A DNA stretch of 64,000 nt, taken from assembly GCA_052327205.1 (NCBI GenBank), contig CM126214.1, positions 31,248,001-31,312,000 on the forward strand, given 5' to 3'. The stretch comes from Somniosus microcephalus. Lineage: Eukaryota. Position numbers and translations under genes: made by a program. Below, piece by piece: positions 51,916 to 64,000 of this stretch (its first letter is position 1; each line of letters opens with the position of its first letter). The notes below the pieces were generated by a model. That model worked only from the letters and a program-made list of their open reading frames with translations. It made no database searches and was not told the origin of the DNA.

Positions 51916-52244
51916 GACAGGGCTCATGAAGCGAGCCATAGAGAGAGACAAGTCTGGAGATTTAATGAGAAGAAGAATAAGGTAGGGAAAACAGCAGGGT
52001 GGGAAGCAGCAGGGAGGGAAAGCTGTGGTCGCAAAGAACAGGCATGGAAGGGCAAAATCTGGATTAGCAAGATTTTAGACTTACTGACTGCATCTGAAAC
52101 ATTTTTACTCAAAAAGCCTTTTAAGATCCCATTATTTTGTTTTCCATTACACACTGCAATTACATAAATTACACAGCTGTGATTAATTAGAATGTTTATT
52201 TTAATTTTCTAACCATAAACAAAAACACAAGTGATTGATTAAAG

Positions 52245-52655
52245 TCTTCAGCCCCAGGGTGGGAATCGGGTGGGGCCGAGGTGCGCGGCTAACCATCCCG
52301 AACTTGGCAGAGTGAGGCCCAGGAATATTTAACTCCCAGGCCTCATCTGCATAGGCCCCGTCAATGTCCTACCGAAGTGCCAGCTGGCCGATAGGCAGGA
52401 GTAGAATGCCAGGCGGCAGCCGCCAGGGATCGAAGGAATGGGTACCAGCACTCAGGTAAGTGGCTGGAAGGGGGTTTCAGGATGGCCTTGAGGCTTCCCG
52501 CGCAGGCCTCTGGATAAAATAGCAGTCAGGGCCTCGATGATGTAATTGGAGCTTGATCGGCTTATTTAAAGAAGGACCCCCACCTGCTCAGAAGAACAGG
52601 TTAAGTTCAAATGGGACCTCGATGGGCAAGTCCCATGGCAGGGTTAAAATTGCCC
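52245..52655. mobile_element. GC-rich MITE remnant
   Basis: GC-rich block ending GTTAAAATTGCCC, like the other MITE termini. Confidence 0.4.
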
Positions 52656-53511
52656 TTTTGTGTTCATCTGAAAAACTTTCAAAATTCAACCTGTTTATTT
52701 TTGTTTGGCAAAGGAAAAAAAATGTTGTTTGGAAAAGGAAAAACATGAGGAAATATCCTGAGAAAAATAAATAGAATTTGAAAACAATGATTAATAGAAA
52801 ATGTAATAAAATTAAGTATAGGTACCAATACTGAATTTATCTCACTATCTGTCTGACTATGTTATCTTTCTGAATTAAAGATTGCTAACATATGTGAAAT
52901 TTGACTTAAAAAAATATCAGTCTACAGCTTGTTTTCAAATTATTTAGGGAAACTCAGAAATCCTTTTACACCATAAAGAGATATATCCTTCCATTTGCTG
53001 GGCATTCTACGCATGCTCACACTGTAGCATCTGCCTTTAGTTACCAGAGTAATAGTTCAGGGAAAAATCGTCAGTTGCAAACCAAGTTTTTGACCCCCAC
53101 AAGCAAAAACAGCAGTAAAGTTATTCAAAGACACGCAAGACAATTTTATAGACAAGTTCAATCATGTTATTATGAAATATGTAAATGTTATGTCTTTTAT
53201 TATTTTCCAAATGTTATTTTGGACATTAGATTTTTCAGTTCAGAAGAAGAAAGATGGTGGGTGGAAAGACTGAGATTTCTTTAAGCAATTTGTTTGGTTG
53301 AGTTTCAGGATTGGTAGTTTTTTTTTGTGCGTCTGCGTAGTTACAGGTGAGTCAGGATAGTTAGAGTTGTAATTTACTGTCTTTAATTCAGCCAATCAAA
53401 AAGTGTGAAGGCAGAGCGCATGGCCATGAGGAAATGTGTACTGTTGTGCCAATTTTTAATATATGGCAGATTGACACAGATATAAATGTTAACAAACCGT
53501 TTGCTTCTGCA

Positions 53512-53635
53512 TAGGGGAACTTACAGGGTTACGGACAAAAAGTGGAAATGTGGGACTAAGCCTGACTGCTCTTTCAAAGAGCCAGCACAGGCACAATGGG
53601 CTGAAAGGCCTCCTTCTGTGCTGTAAGTTTCTATA
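53512..53635 (+). mobile_element. CR1-type 3' tail fragment
   Basis: GGGTTACGG...TGGGACTAA...ATGGGCTGAAAGGCCTCCTTCTGTGCTGTA. Confidence 0.7.
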
Positions 53636-54045
53636 ATTGGAATTATTTATTTAATATTTCAGGTTTGCAATGCAACAAACTAAAAGAGATTTATTTTCCC
53701 TGTTCTTTGAAAAATAATTCTAATGACAAGTATTTTCAGATAGAATTTCAATAAAAATGAACACAGATTCAAAATGCATACTTATTAGTCTGCAGCTTTA
53801 TACAGTCAGGAAATGAAAACTCCATAATATGTTGAAATTAGTGAATGATGCTTTTATTTCTCAAAAGTATTTCCCTCTTCTGATAGAATTCTATCTCAAT
53901 TTCACATATGTGCAAAGTTAAGATTATGCATCCAGGTGCAGTAACCCTGCAACAAGAAATGCTGAACTTGAGTGGAAGAAGAGAAACTGAACAGCACAGG
54001 GCACTAGCTCTGTGCCAAAGGAGAGTTTCTATTTGCAAGTTGACA

Positions 54046-54545
54046 ATTCAATTCAATTCAATTTTATTTGTCATATATGCAGCAAACGTGTGTACTGCAC
54101 AATGAAACGTTGATTTTTAATGAGTCCTCCCAACATTGGAATAAATATGGCATAACAATGATAAAAATACTATTAGAAATACAGTAATAATAAATAAAAC
54201 AACAGTAATAAATAATAATAAATTATTCGTTCATGAGTCTTATGGCCTGGGGGTAGAAGCTGTTTCGAAGCCTGCTGGTACGAGACCGTATACTTCGATA
54301 TCTCTTCCCGGATGGGAGCAGGGCGAAGAGGTAGTGGCTGGGGTGGCTCGCGTCTTTGATGATTCTCAGGGCCTTCCCCCAGCACCTCTCGGGGTAGATA
54401 TCCTGCACAGCAGGTAGTTTAATTCCTATAGTATGTTGTGCAGCTTTCACCACCATCTGTAGAGCCTTGCGGTCTATGGCGGTGCAGGTGCCATACCAGG
54501 TAGTGATGCAGCCGGACAGGATACTCTCGATGGTGCACCGTACAA
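54046..54545 (-). mobile_element. Rex1/Babar LINE 3' fragment (different subfamily from the 41911 copy)
   Basis: RCTIESILSGCITTWYG...LFALLPSGKRYRSIRSRTSRLRNSFYPQAIRL, with a (GAATT)n tail. Confidence 0.9.
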
Positions 54546-55689
54546 TGGACATCACACAAGACAATTGGACCTAAAATGGACCTATTGCAAAGAGTGTGCT
54601 GGGAACTCACATCATCTTTATGATAACTGATCTTATTACAGAAGACACTAACACTGTTTTTTGCATTTAGACTCCATCATGTCCTCATGGACAATAATCA
54701 GTTAGCATGGGACACTAAAATGTGACACCTGATAGTCGTCCAATGCACCTGAACTAGTGTCAACAGAGTGATATCAAAATGCAGTTACTGTGTTCTGTAC
54801 AATGGATTTTAATAACAATGCTTTAATTGTTTGTCTGTCATCACTTGCAGTTATTCATATTCTGTTTAAAAACTTAATTTGAATGAGAGCTACACAGTAA
54901 TTAAAATCTTGCCCACTGGTCAGCATGTGAGATAATCATTCACTTTTTGTTTCTATCCAGCAATTCGGTTGAATTCTCTTATGATTGGTTAACAAAGTTT
55001 TAACAAAGTTTTAACAAGTACATTTAATACCAATTTCCATGGACAAATTTAGCATGGGGGAAAGACTAAGTTGTAATACCAATTAATGAAAAGTTTGTTG
55101 GCGCTTTCTAACAAACGTACTCACCAGTTTACTCTCATCTACTTTTTTGTAAAGGTAATGCTACTTAACTGGTATAAAGTTACTTGATATTTCCAATCAG
55201 TATTCCACTGCTGTAAGTTCAAAACCCAGCATTGCAGCATCCCAGGATTCTGTTTCCTCTGTACTTTGATCTTCACTTCTATTTGATTTTGATCTGTTTG
55301 CCAGAAGAATTTATAATTCCATAGTTACAGTCAGAATCTCTCGCAAAAACAGTGACTGCAAAAACGTGGAGCTTTGTCAGTACTGTAATTATGTAATTAC
55401 TAGGTTTTTTGTAAAATCCCCCATCTAACTGATCAGCATAGACACTGGTTCAAATGGTCTGTGCTAATTTGGTGCACAATTGTCTAGCAGAAGTGAAATG
55501 GTCTGACTCAAATTCAGGGAAGTACCAGTAATATCAGGTCAGAGTCTGTCTACTTGTGTCTGGCCAGTCCTCACCAGAAGCAACTCCCCTCCCACAGTAA
55601 GGAAAGTTTCATATGATATTAAACTTATTCAATTATTGACATAAATTCCTATCGTTTTGATTTTTTGAAAGTCTAGCACATAGCTAGTA

Positions 55690-57210
55690 ATTTGGTACAA
55701 TGTTTATACCGCAGGATGGATGAAATCCGGTAAACAGTTGACTATTCCAAGTGATACAGTATCCACAATCTCTGGTAGCGGTCACTGGAATTCAATGCGG
55801 AGACCACCGAATATACACAAGCTTCCCGTTATATTCAGACTTAGCCGCCAATTAAGTGTTAAAGTACGGTTGAGAATTGAAACAGTCACATAGTTCATGA
55901 CCGTATCTCTGCTGGGCTCTAACAGCATATAAATAAATAAGTTATAGAAATACATAATCTAGACTATTTAACATACTTACATATGATTTTGTACACGTAT
56001 TTTTAAAATTTGAATCCACGGTACAGTTTGCCAAAAGCTTTTATAAATGTGTCAGTTATTTTAAAATTTTTCCAAGTTACAGAATCGACCTTACCTAGTT
56101 ACCGTACTGTGGTGTTAAGCAGGGATTCTTTTACTGAAACTCTAGAGATTCCCTGATACTGTAAAGCTTTCTGACTGGAATCATTCAGACGGTAAGGTTA
56201 CTAACTACAAACATACACACAAAAAATAACGACAAATAGTTTTTATAGTGGCAACATTCCTAAATTGCAACCTGCAGGCGCTTGTTGCTTTGTGTAATAT
56301 AAATTGCCGGTGACCTGAAATAAACACAGAACAGCAACTCATTTCTGATTAAAATTGCGCAGTGTTGCAACACATCTTTTCAGAGAACCGCTGGGTGTGT
56401 GTGAGAGAGAGCAGAGAAGACCCAGAAAATTGCAGGCAAAGTCCCTGGGAAAAAAAATGGCAACACGGTAGTCAACTCTCCACTCTAAGGGTGCCCACAC
56501 TCGGGTCCCATGGCTGGCGGATTAACCTGCCAGTAATAAAGCTTCAACAAAACTAGACAGCACGTTTGCGCTCGGCTGCAGACCCCCGGGAGAAAGCAAG
56601 GATTGCCAGCAGACAGGAATAAATTATTCACCGAGATATCTGCCGCTTCGAGACAGGGCGCGAGGTAGTAAGTTGCACCAGAAAGAAAAAGTTTTCGATC
56701 AAGGCAGACTTTCCCCACACTCCTCTCGCAGCTGGAACCCGACATTTTATTTCGTGGGTTAGAGTTTAGGAGAAAACCCAAAGGAAATAAATTCAGCGTT
56801 TATGCTAAAAAAAAAACCTAAGAACATATTTATCGAGCAAGTGTTAATTGTATTGTTTTATAATGTAATTACCCGTAAATACAATAGCTGTACTAATAAG
56901 TTACTGGAAGATATATGGCATTGAAACATAACTGAAGTTTGGATTAAAGTATGTGTTTGTTACGTGTCTATGCGTTTAGTTGTTCACTTCTGTTTCAAGT
57001 ATTTACGCTCAATACAAGCTGTTTGTCTAGCGTGCTTGGGAGGATACCTAGGAAATTTACAGCCTTAACCAAATTCATCCCTTTAATCCTCCACAGCAAA
57101 TGTCACAGGAGGAGCACGGCGAACAGTTAGGTTTTCTGCCTCTTTCGCCGGCCCTGATTCACAGTGGTCCACATTCAATGCAACCGAGGCGATTTCCAAG
57201 CACCGTGAAT
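55690..57210. promoter_or_regulatory. CpG-enriched, TE-poor island (candidate distal promoter or enhancer)
   Basis: Many CpGs relative to the flanks and a (GT)/(GA) tract at about 56395-56415. No recognisable TE or ORF. Confidence 0.35.
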
Positions 57211-57224
57211 GAGTAAAAGGAGTT

Positions 57225-57330
57225 TGGAAACAAAAACAGCAAATACTGGAAACACTCGGCAGGTCAGTGAACAACTGTGGAGGGTGCAGGCAAGTTAAGA
57301 TTCAGGTGTGGCAATGACGAAACACTGATG
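57225..57330 (-). mobile_element. Penelope-type terminal fragment
   Basis: Reverse similarity to 6545-6687 (CTGGAAACACTCGGCAGGTCAG...CTGTGGAG). Confidence 0.5.
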
Positions 57331-58371
57331 GCACGGTAACACCTCCCCCCATCCCCAATACACCCATGTCCTCAAAATATCTCCACTCATAAACCTTCAC
57401 CCCGATATACTTCTGCCCCATATACCTCCTTTACAGCACACTGCCACTCCATTCCTGTCCAGTGCTAACATGGGAGAGGGGCAGTAAATTTGGCCCAAAT
57501 ATTCTAACTATAGCTTAACCAATGATTTATATGTTTAGTATTACCTCTTTGCTTTTTACTATGTATCCTTGTTTATAACATCTAGGATCCTTTACATATA
57601 CATTTTTACAGCTTTATCAACTTGTCCTCTCACTTCTAAAGATTTATGTATCTAAACTAAGTCTTTCTGCGTCTCTACTTTTAAAGTTTTATTACTTACT
57701 GTATATGTTCTCTTATTATTCTTCCTCTCAAGATGTATCACCTCACATTTCACTTGGTTAAATTTCAACTGACATCTATCTGCCCAATTTACTAACCTGT
57801 CTATATCCTCTTTAAGTTGCTTACATCCTTTTCACAGTTAACCATGCTCTCTCTTCTCATGTCATCTGCAAACTTTTATATTGTGCCCTTTTACCAAGAC
57901 CGGACCATATTTTCCATTAAAAATTTATTAAGACGAGCAATGGTGGAAACACTGACCCCCATTACATCTCTCCAGTCTGAACAATATTCATTAACTCTCT
58001 GCTTTCTAACCTTTAACCAACTTCCTATCCATGCCGTCACATTCCCTTTAATGCCATTTGCTTTAATTTGATCAACAAGCCTCCCATGTAGCACCTTATC
58101 AAATGCCTTTTGAAAATCCATATACACAACATCCATTGCATTTCATTCATTAATAAACTCCATTATTTTCTCAAAGAACGTGATAAATTTGTTAGGCATG
58201 TCTTGCCTTTTCCAAATCCATGCTTGCTGTCCTTAATTAACACATAACTTTTTAGTTGAGTATCAATTTTATCCAGTATAATGCCCTGTAGAAGCTCACC
58301 AACTACAATTGTTAAAGTGCTTAGTCAGTAGTTAACTGATGTATCCCTTTTTGAACAAAAGGCTTGAATGA

Positions 58372-58632
58372 AGGAACTATTATAGCGCCTTTCACAACCT
58401 CAGGGCATCTCAAATGAAGTACTTTTGAAGTGTAGTCGTTGTTTTAATGTAAGGAAACATGGCAGCCAATTTACAGACAGAAAGTTCCCACAAACAGAAA
58501 TTATATAAATGGCCAATGAAACTGTTTTAATAATGTTGGTTATGGGATAGATGTTGGCCCAGACACACACAGAATTCCCCTGCTCTTCTTTGAATAGTAC
58601 CATAGGAACTATTAGGTCCATCTGAGAGGGAA
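58372..58632 (-). mobile_element. Deu-domain SINE (SacSINE1-like) fragment
   Basis: Reverse of the 15483 element (TATAGCGCCTTTCACAACCTCAGG, GGCAGCCAATTT, CCCTGCTCTTCTT). Confidence 0.75.
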
Positions 58633-59514
58633 GATGGGGAAGTGTTACATTGGCAACCCGTCAGTTCTTTGTCAATCTCCATATCTAAGGCTGTTTGAAA
58701 GATTGTGGTCAGAGCCTCTGCTATTTCCTCTCTGACTTCCCTCAGCATTCTAGAATGCATGCCATCAGGACCTGGTGCTTTTTTCACTTTGACTTCCACC
58801 AATTTCTTCAGTACAACTTCCTTTTCTATAATTATCCTATCCAAGTGCTCCAGCTCCTTCTCTTGTGTCCTTTCATCCCCCTACCACACACTTCTGTGAA
58901 AACTGAGGCAAAGTACTCCTTTAATATATCTGACACTCATTCCTACTCCATAAGAGGATTTCTTTTTCATTTCTCATTGGCTCTACCCTTTAACTATTCT
59001 TTATTTTTATGTATGTTTATAAAATCCTTTACTATTTTCTTTTTAGGTTACCTGTCATCTTCCATCATACCCTCTTTAAACTGTTCTAATCTTTTGTTTA
59101 CCCTTTATATTTTCTATCTTTGGGTCGATTTTTCTTTTGTGTTCGAAGCCTTAGATTTGTCAAAGGCCCTCTCATTTTAATGTTAATATCTCTATTCATC
59201 CTAGGAACTCCAGCTTTTGCTGCATCATCTTTACTTCTGGTGGAACTATGACTAGTCTGTACCCCAATCACCTCCTTTCTGATCGTTTCCCATGGTTTGT
59301 ACACTGTCTAATTTGCCAGTTTTTCTTTCCAGTTTAAATGAGCTTTTTTTTTTCCTTTTCATTTAATTGAAATAGGCTTTTTTTCAAGTCAAGAACCTTT
59401 ATCTCTGACTGCTCCCGCTCCTTTTCAGCTTTTATAACAAACCTAAATTACGTTATGGTCACTGTTTCCCAGATACTCCCCCACTCTTACCGTACCTACT
59501 TATGCTAATTCATT

Positions 59515-59875
59515 TAGAAACATAGAAACATAGAAGATAGGAGCAGGAGTAGGCCATTCGGCCCCTCGCGCCTGCTCCGCCATTTAATGAGATCATGGCT
59601 GATCATCCAAATTCAGTACCCTGTCCCTGCTTTCTCCCCATATCCCTTGATCCCTTTAGCCTTAAGAAATATATCTAACTCCTTCTTGAATATATTTAAT
59701 GAATTGGCCTCAACTACCTTTTGTGGTAGAGAATTCCACAGGTTCACCACTCTCTGGGTGAAGAAATTCCTCCTCATCTCAGTCCTAAATGGCTTACCCC
59801 TTATATTTAGACTGTGACCCCTGGTTCTGGACTCCCCTGCCATCAGGAACATCCTTCCTGCATCTAGTCTGTCTA
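59515..59875 (-). mobile_element. Young CR1 LINE 3' end
   Basis: ORF 59613-59900 has GESRTRGHSLNIRGKPFRTEMRRNFFTQRVVNLWNSLP, with a (TTTCTATG)n tail. Confidence 0.92.
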
Positions 59876-60904
59876 GATTTCCTAGAACTAGTTCCAGCAC
59901 AGCCTCTTTCCTCGTTAGACTAAAAATGTAACAATCTAGAAAGCAGTCCTAGACACACTGTAGAAACTGCTTCCCTTCTTTGCCACTTACATTACTCTTA
60001 TGCCAGTTTATCTTTGGATAAGTAATGCCATCTATCTATTATTATATGTGTACTGCTGCTGCCTTTTTCTCTAAATTGTCTACATACGTCTTCCTCTATC
60101 ATCTTTCCTCTGTTCAGCAGTCTATTATATACTTCCAATAGACTAACAATTCCCTTCATATTCCTTAATTCTAAGCAAATAGATTCATCTTTTACACCAT
60201 GCTCTACATCATCCCTGTGTTGTAATGAAATCTTTGATTAACTCTGCCACACCCCTCTTTTTTCCTATTCTATCCTTCCTGAATATTTTATAACCATTAC
60301 TGTTCAGCTCCCAGTCTTGCCCTAACCTAGGTCATCTCCGTCAATGCTATTATGCTCAACTTTCAATAGTAATTTGTGCCTCTAGCTCACCAATTTTATT
60401 CACAATACTTTGTGCATTTATGCAGATGCAACTCGCACCACCTTGTCCATTTGGAAATCTTACTTGTTTTAATCCATTTATTTTTCCTACACTCATTGTC
60501 CCTTTTCCTTTCCTTTCTGCTTCCTTACCTTATTCTTTAAAATCTATATTTAACTTAAGATTTTATCCTGATTTTCTTCTCAAGACAGTACCTGCTGACT
60601 AATTTCATTGAATGGCCAATTTTAATTGCTCTCGTTGCATTTTTCTGCACCCCTGCCCTATTAGTTTAAACCCTCCCCACAGCACTAATTACTCTGCTAG
60701 CAAGGACATCAGTTCCAGGCTTGCTCAGCTGAAGCCCATTCATCCTGTCTAGGCCATTCTCATCTCAGAACTGGCCCCAGTGTCCTTGGAATATGATTCC
60801 TTCCCTTCTCACAATCTCTCCAGGCATACACTATTTTGCTATTCCTGTATTCTCTAGCAGATGGTACTGGGAATAATTCTAAAATTACTACCCTTGAGGA
60901 GCTG

Positions 60905-61250
60905 CTCATCACGCTGATATACAACTATGGCACTGATATGCTTTCATCACACTGATAGACATTCAACCCTGGTACAGCTTCATGACATGCAAACATCTTC
61001 ATCCCAATACCCCTTCAGTCCACTGATACACCTTCAGCCCTAATACACTTTCATCCAATTACACTTTCATCCCTGTTGCACCTTTAGCCCACTGATATTT
61101 TCAGCCCACTGATACAGCTTCACCCCGACATACCAATACCAAAATAGTCCCTTGATACACCTCTGCCCCTACTAATACACATTTTGTGCAGCAAAATGCC
61201 TCCACCCCCCCTCCCCATCCCCACAAATACATCCACCTGACTGATAAACA
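60905..61250 (+). repeat. Degenerate 17-20 bp minisatellite
   Basis: Recurring (CA)CTGATACACCTTCA(T/G)CC units. Confidence 0.65.
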
Positions 61251-61542
61251 ATGAAACACCTGCCCTCCATTGTCATGTATTGATGTATAAAAATGGTTAG
61301 GAGTTATTGCCATCTGGTGGTGGAAACTAATAAGTTTTTAATCAAGGGAGGATGCATTGTTTTGACCAGAACGTCTGAGGTGATTGGTCCTGGTAGAAAA
61401 GCTTGTGCAATAGAGAAAAAAATCTTCTTGTTGTTCAGAACTTGTGTGCAAAATTTAAATAGTCCACATGGTTTTTACTGAAGTATTACAGCAACAACGA
61501 GAACGGTAATAAAGAGCAGAGTACAGCCCTGGTGGACATATT

Positions 61543-62317
61543 GGGGTAAAAATCCATCTTGGGTGGTAGTGCAAAACAGACGGTATCACGTTGGCCACCT
61601 GTTATACACTCAGATATCCAGCTCTATTGAAGTCAATACGCTAGGGGTAGGGTAGGGTAGCGTAGTGGTTATGTTACTGGACTAGTAATCCGAGGACGTG
61701 AGTTCCAAATCCCATTATGGCAGCTGGGTGATTTAAATTCAGTTAATTAAATTTTTAAAAATCTGGAATAAAAAGCTAGTATCATGAAACTACTGGATTG
61801 TCGTAAAAACCCATCTGGTTCACTAATGTCCTGTAGGGAAGGAAATCTGCTGTCCTTACCTGGTCTGGCCTATATGTGACTCCAGACCCATAGCAATGTA
61901 ACTGACTTCTCTTATGCAACTCTTAACTGCCCTCTGTGATCCAAGGCGATAGCTCTCCACCATCTTCTCAAGGGCAATTAGGAATGGGCAATAAATGCTG
62001 GCCTTGCCAGCGACGCCCGTATCCCATGAACAAATAAAAAAAACAGAATATCGGGCAGGACATAAAACAGGTGGCTGATGTGATACCGACCGTTTTGTGC
62101 TCCTCTTTTGTTAAACCAATAAAAAATACATTAAACAGATACACTAACAAAAAACCCAGAAACAAGACTTAACCCATTAAATTAAAGATTGGTTGTTTAA
62201 ACCAATTATGCACTCCAGTCCCCGCGGCGCCCACCGGTCACGAAAGAGCTCGAGCTCGCCGGCGGACACCGCGTGCTCCATCTCCAGTGCTACCACCCTA
62301 AAACAAATTTCTACCTC
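61543..62317. mobile_element. Harbinger-type hairpin MITE with a SINE inserted in its internal palindrome
   Basis: ATT|GGGGTAAAAATCCATCTTGGGTGGTAG ... CTACCACCCTAAAACAAATTTCTACCTC|ATT. Internal inverted arms lie at about 61570-61617 and 62048-62100. Confidence 0.75.
61644..62044 (+). mobile_element. Near full-length tRNA-derived SINE with LINE-derived tail
   Basis: A-box TAGCGTAGTGG and B-box GAGTTCCAAATCCC. The 3' end CTCAAGGGCAATTAGGAATGGGCAATAAATG...polyA matches the LINE end at about 4240-4280. Confidence 0.85.
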
Positions 62318-63634
62318 ATTGTTTTCAGATGATCAGGCACAGGTAAAATGTCATACATTTGTAAGATTGTCAAATGTGATGTAGGTAAAGCAAGGGTTTA
62401 TTGCAAATACTCATTAACAAGGGAAAGAAGGTCAGTGTTTTCTCATTGGCTATCGGGCCCCAGTCTTATGGGCTATTAACAAAAGTGTCCACCGAGGAAC
62501 CAGAGAAAACGCTTTTGAACTTTTGAACAAATGGCTCAGATTTTTGTGAAGAAACTATGATACCTGTATGAGGAAACCACTGCACCCAATCAGTAATGAT
62601 TTTCTTTTTGCATGGCATGAACACTCTGTGATAGAAACTGGAGAACTGGCCCATTGCTTTTGTTTCCCAGATGTTAATGAGTAGTGAAAAATATATGCAT
62701 TGAAAAGAAAGCTCTTCCTGTTATTATTAGGAGCGGAAAATCTCCCAATATATATATACAGTCAGAAATTCACTTTACTCACCATCACAAAGCATTAATG
62801 GCTATTTTGGGATCCAGGTCAGCTTTGGTTTGCTTCTCAAGACGCCTGTCTTATTTCAGTATTACTACAGATGGCCAATTTTGTGAAGGGAACAAATTAT
62901 TTCTGAAGATGGATTGGCATAACCTCAGATTATGTAATACAAAGATTAAAGCAGGAAAAATGAGTTCCATGAAATAGGTACTCATAACCTTTTGTAAGGA
63001 TGGTTAAACAGAAATAAAAACATTTTCAAAGCAAGTTACAAACAATTTTTTTTACTTTGCATACATTCAGACGAGTGTATCAGGCTAACTTATAAGAGAG
63101 AAGCATTTACTGGGAATTCCAGATTAATCAATGTGCAGAATCATGTACACTAAACAGACACACAGCGGGATGGGAAGTACTGATACTGCTGAGCTGATGG
63201 CTTTTGATCTGCAAAAAATTCAAAATTGTTTGAAAAAATTAATTTGCCCACAGTGAACACTGTAACTGTGGTACAGAACGTATTCGATACAGCACAGTGA
63301 ATTCCCTGCTGATGTGCAAGCTATTATTTCTCATTTAAACTGCCGCTTTGATTAAAATTCATTTTATTTCTCCCGTCTTCCTAGCATAGAATGTAATCTC
63401 ACACAGCAAGATTCAGCAGCCATGATGTAGCGGATCAGAGAAAATATGGTCTGTAATGACAGTTTAAAAACTTCAATGACAAAAATTAAACCTGAAAGCT
63501 TAGCAATTGCCAAATGTATAAGAGACTTATTAGAATTACCTATTTTTTTAAGGCCTTTAAGGCCAACGTTGCTGCTATTCTTCACAAGGAAATTGGTTCC
63601 CTTCCCTAATACTATCCTATTGGGTATGGTCACC

Positions 63635-63852
63635 AAATGATTGTGGTACTGGTACTGGACTAGCAGTCCATAGGTTGAAAGTTTAAATTTCAACACAGCT
63701 AGCTGTGAAATTGAATTTTTAAAAGTCTGGTCATTTGTGGGCTGCCCTGTCTGGTCTGGCTCACTTCTGGCTCCAGTCCTACACTATGTGTTGACTCTTA
63801 ATGTCCTCTAGGCAACTAGGGATGGACAATAAATACGGTGTTGCCCACATCT
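63635..63852 (+). mobile_element. Older, internally deleted copy of the same SINE family
   Basis: TACTGGACTAG, TGGTCTGGC, GTTGACTCTTAA and GGCAACTAGGGATGGACAATAAAT are shared with 61644-62044. Confidence 0.7.
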
Positions 63853-64000
63853 GAAGGACATATAAAAGAACTACTGCTGCTGTTCATAAGGTACTTTTAT
63901 CTGTCAGAAATTCAGCACCAGCACCAAAGTATACCTAGTGATGGAATTTGAGAGATATCCAAACTATGACACATGACACTCCTTACTTCTTACCCAAATG

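Larger units (their letters stand above)
57490..60420 (-). mobile_element. Long degenerate CR1 LINE (endonuclease to RT) with two later insertions
   Basis: DVVYMDFQKAFDKVLHGRL and KAPGPDGMHSRMLREVREEIAEAL. Interrupted by a Deu-SINE (58372-58632) and a young CR1 end (59515-59875). Confidence 0.8.

Noticed and set aside
60905-61250. Short repeated units resembling a CRISPR-like array
   Set aside because: The units are adjacent and degenerate with no unique spacers, in a vertebrate context. This is an ordinary minisatellite.
62329-62342. Plus-strand 14-nt microexon TTTTCAG|ATGATCAGGCACAG|GTAAAA
   Set aside because: Its pyrimidine tract partly derives from the MITE terminus and TSD, the length is not a multiple of 3, and no plus-strand gene context exists.

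Overview
Eukaryotic (vertebrate) genomic DNA. The repeat content (CR1/HER1-type LINEs, L2, Rex1/Babar, Deu-domain SINE fragments, Penelope-type tails) points to a cartilaginous fish (shark); this is inferred. The only host gene I can support is the 5' end of a Nuclear Factor I gene on the minus strand, probably NFIC. Its coding exon 1 (29482-29453) encodes MMYSPLCLTQ followed by a GTATGT donor. A second CpG-island promoter about 2.7 kb upstream carries an alternative first exon ending in (M-A-)M|GTACGT (32215-32207). Exon 2 (DEFHPFIEALL..., DNA-binding domain) is not in the window, so positions 1-29452 are intron 1 (>29 kb) and positions above about 32.6 kb are upstream sequence. All long ORFs are retrotransposon relics or shadows of them. 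Highlights: (1) three stacked micro-uORFs before the NFI start codon; (2) a frame-preserving 144-nt candidate cassette or alternative exon in intron 1; (3) an internally deleted Harbinger element with a Myb/SANT relic, plus related GC-rich MITEs with ATT/TAG target duplications; (4) a minimal hammerhead-ribozyme fold in a Penelope-type tail; (5) a dimeric tRNA-SINE with an RTE-like tail; (6) several multi-level nested insertions. Family names come from recalled motifs, not database searches, and repeat boundaries are approximate unless TIR/TSD positions are given.
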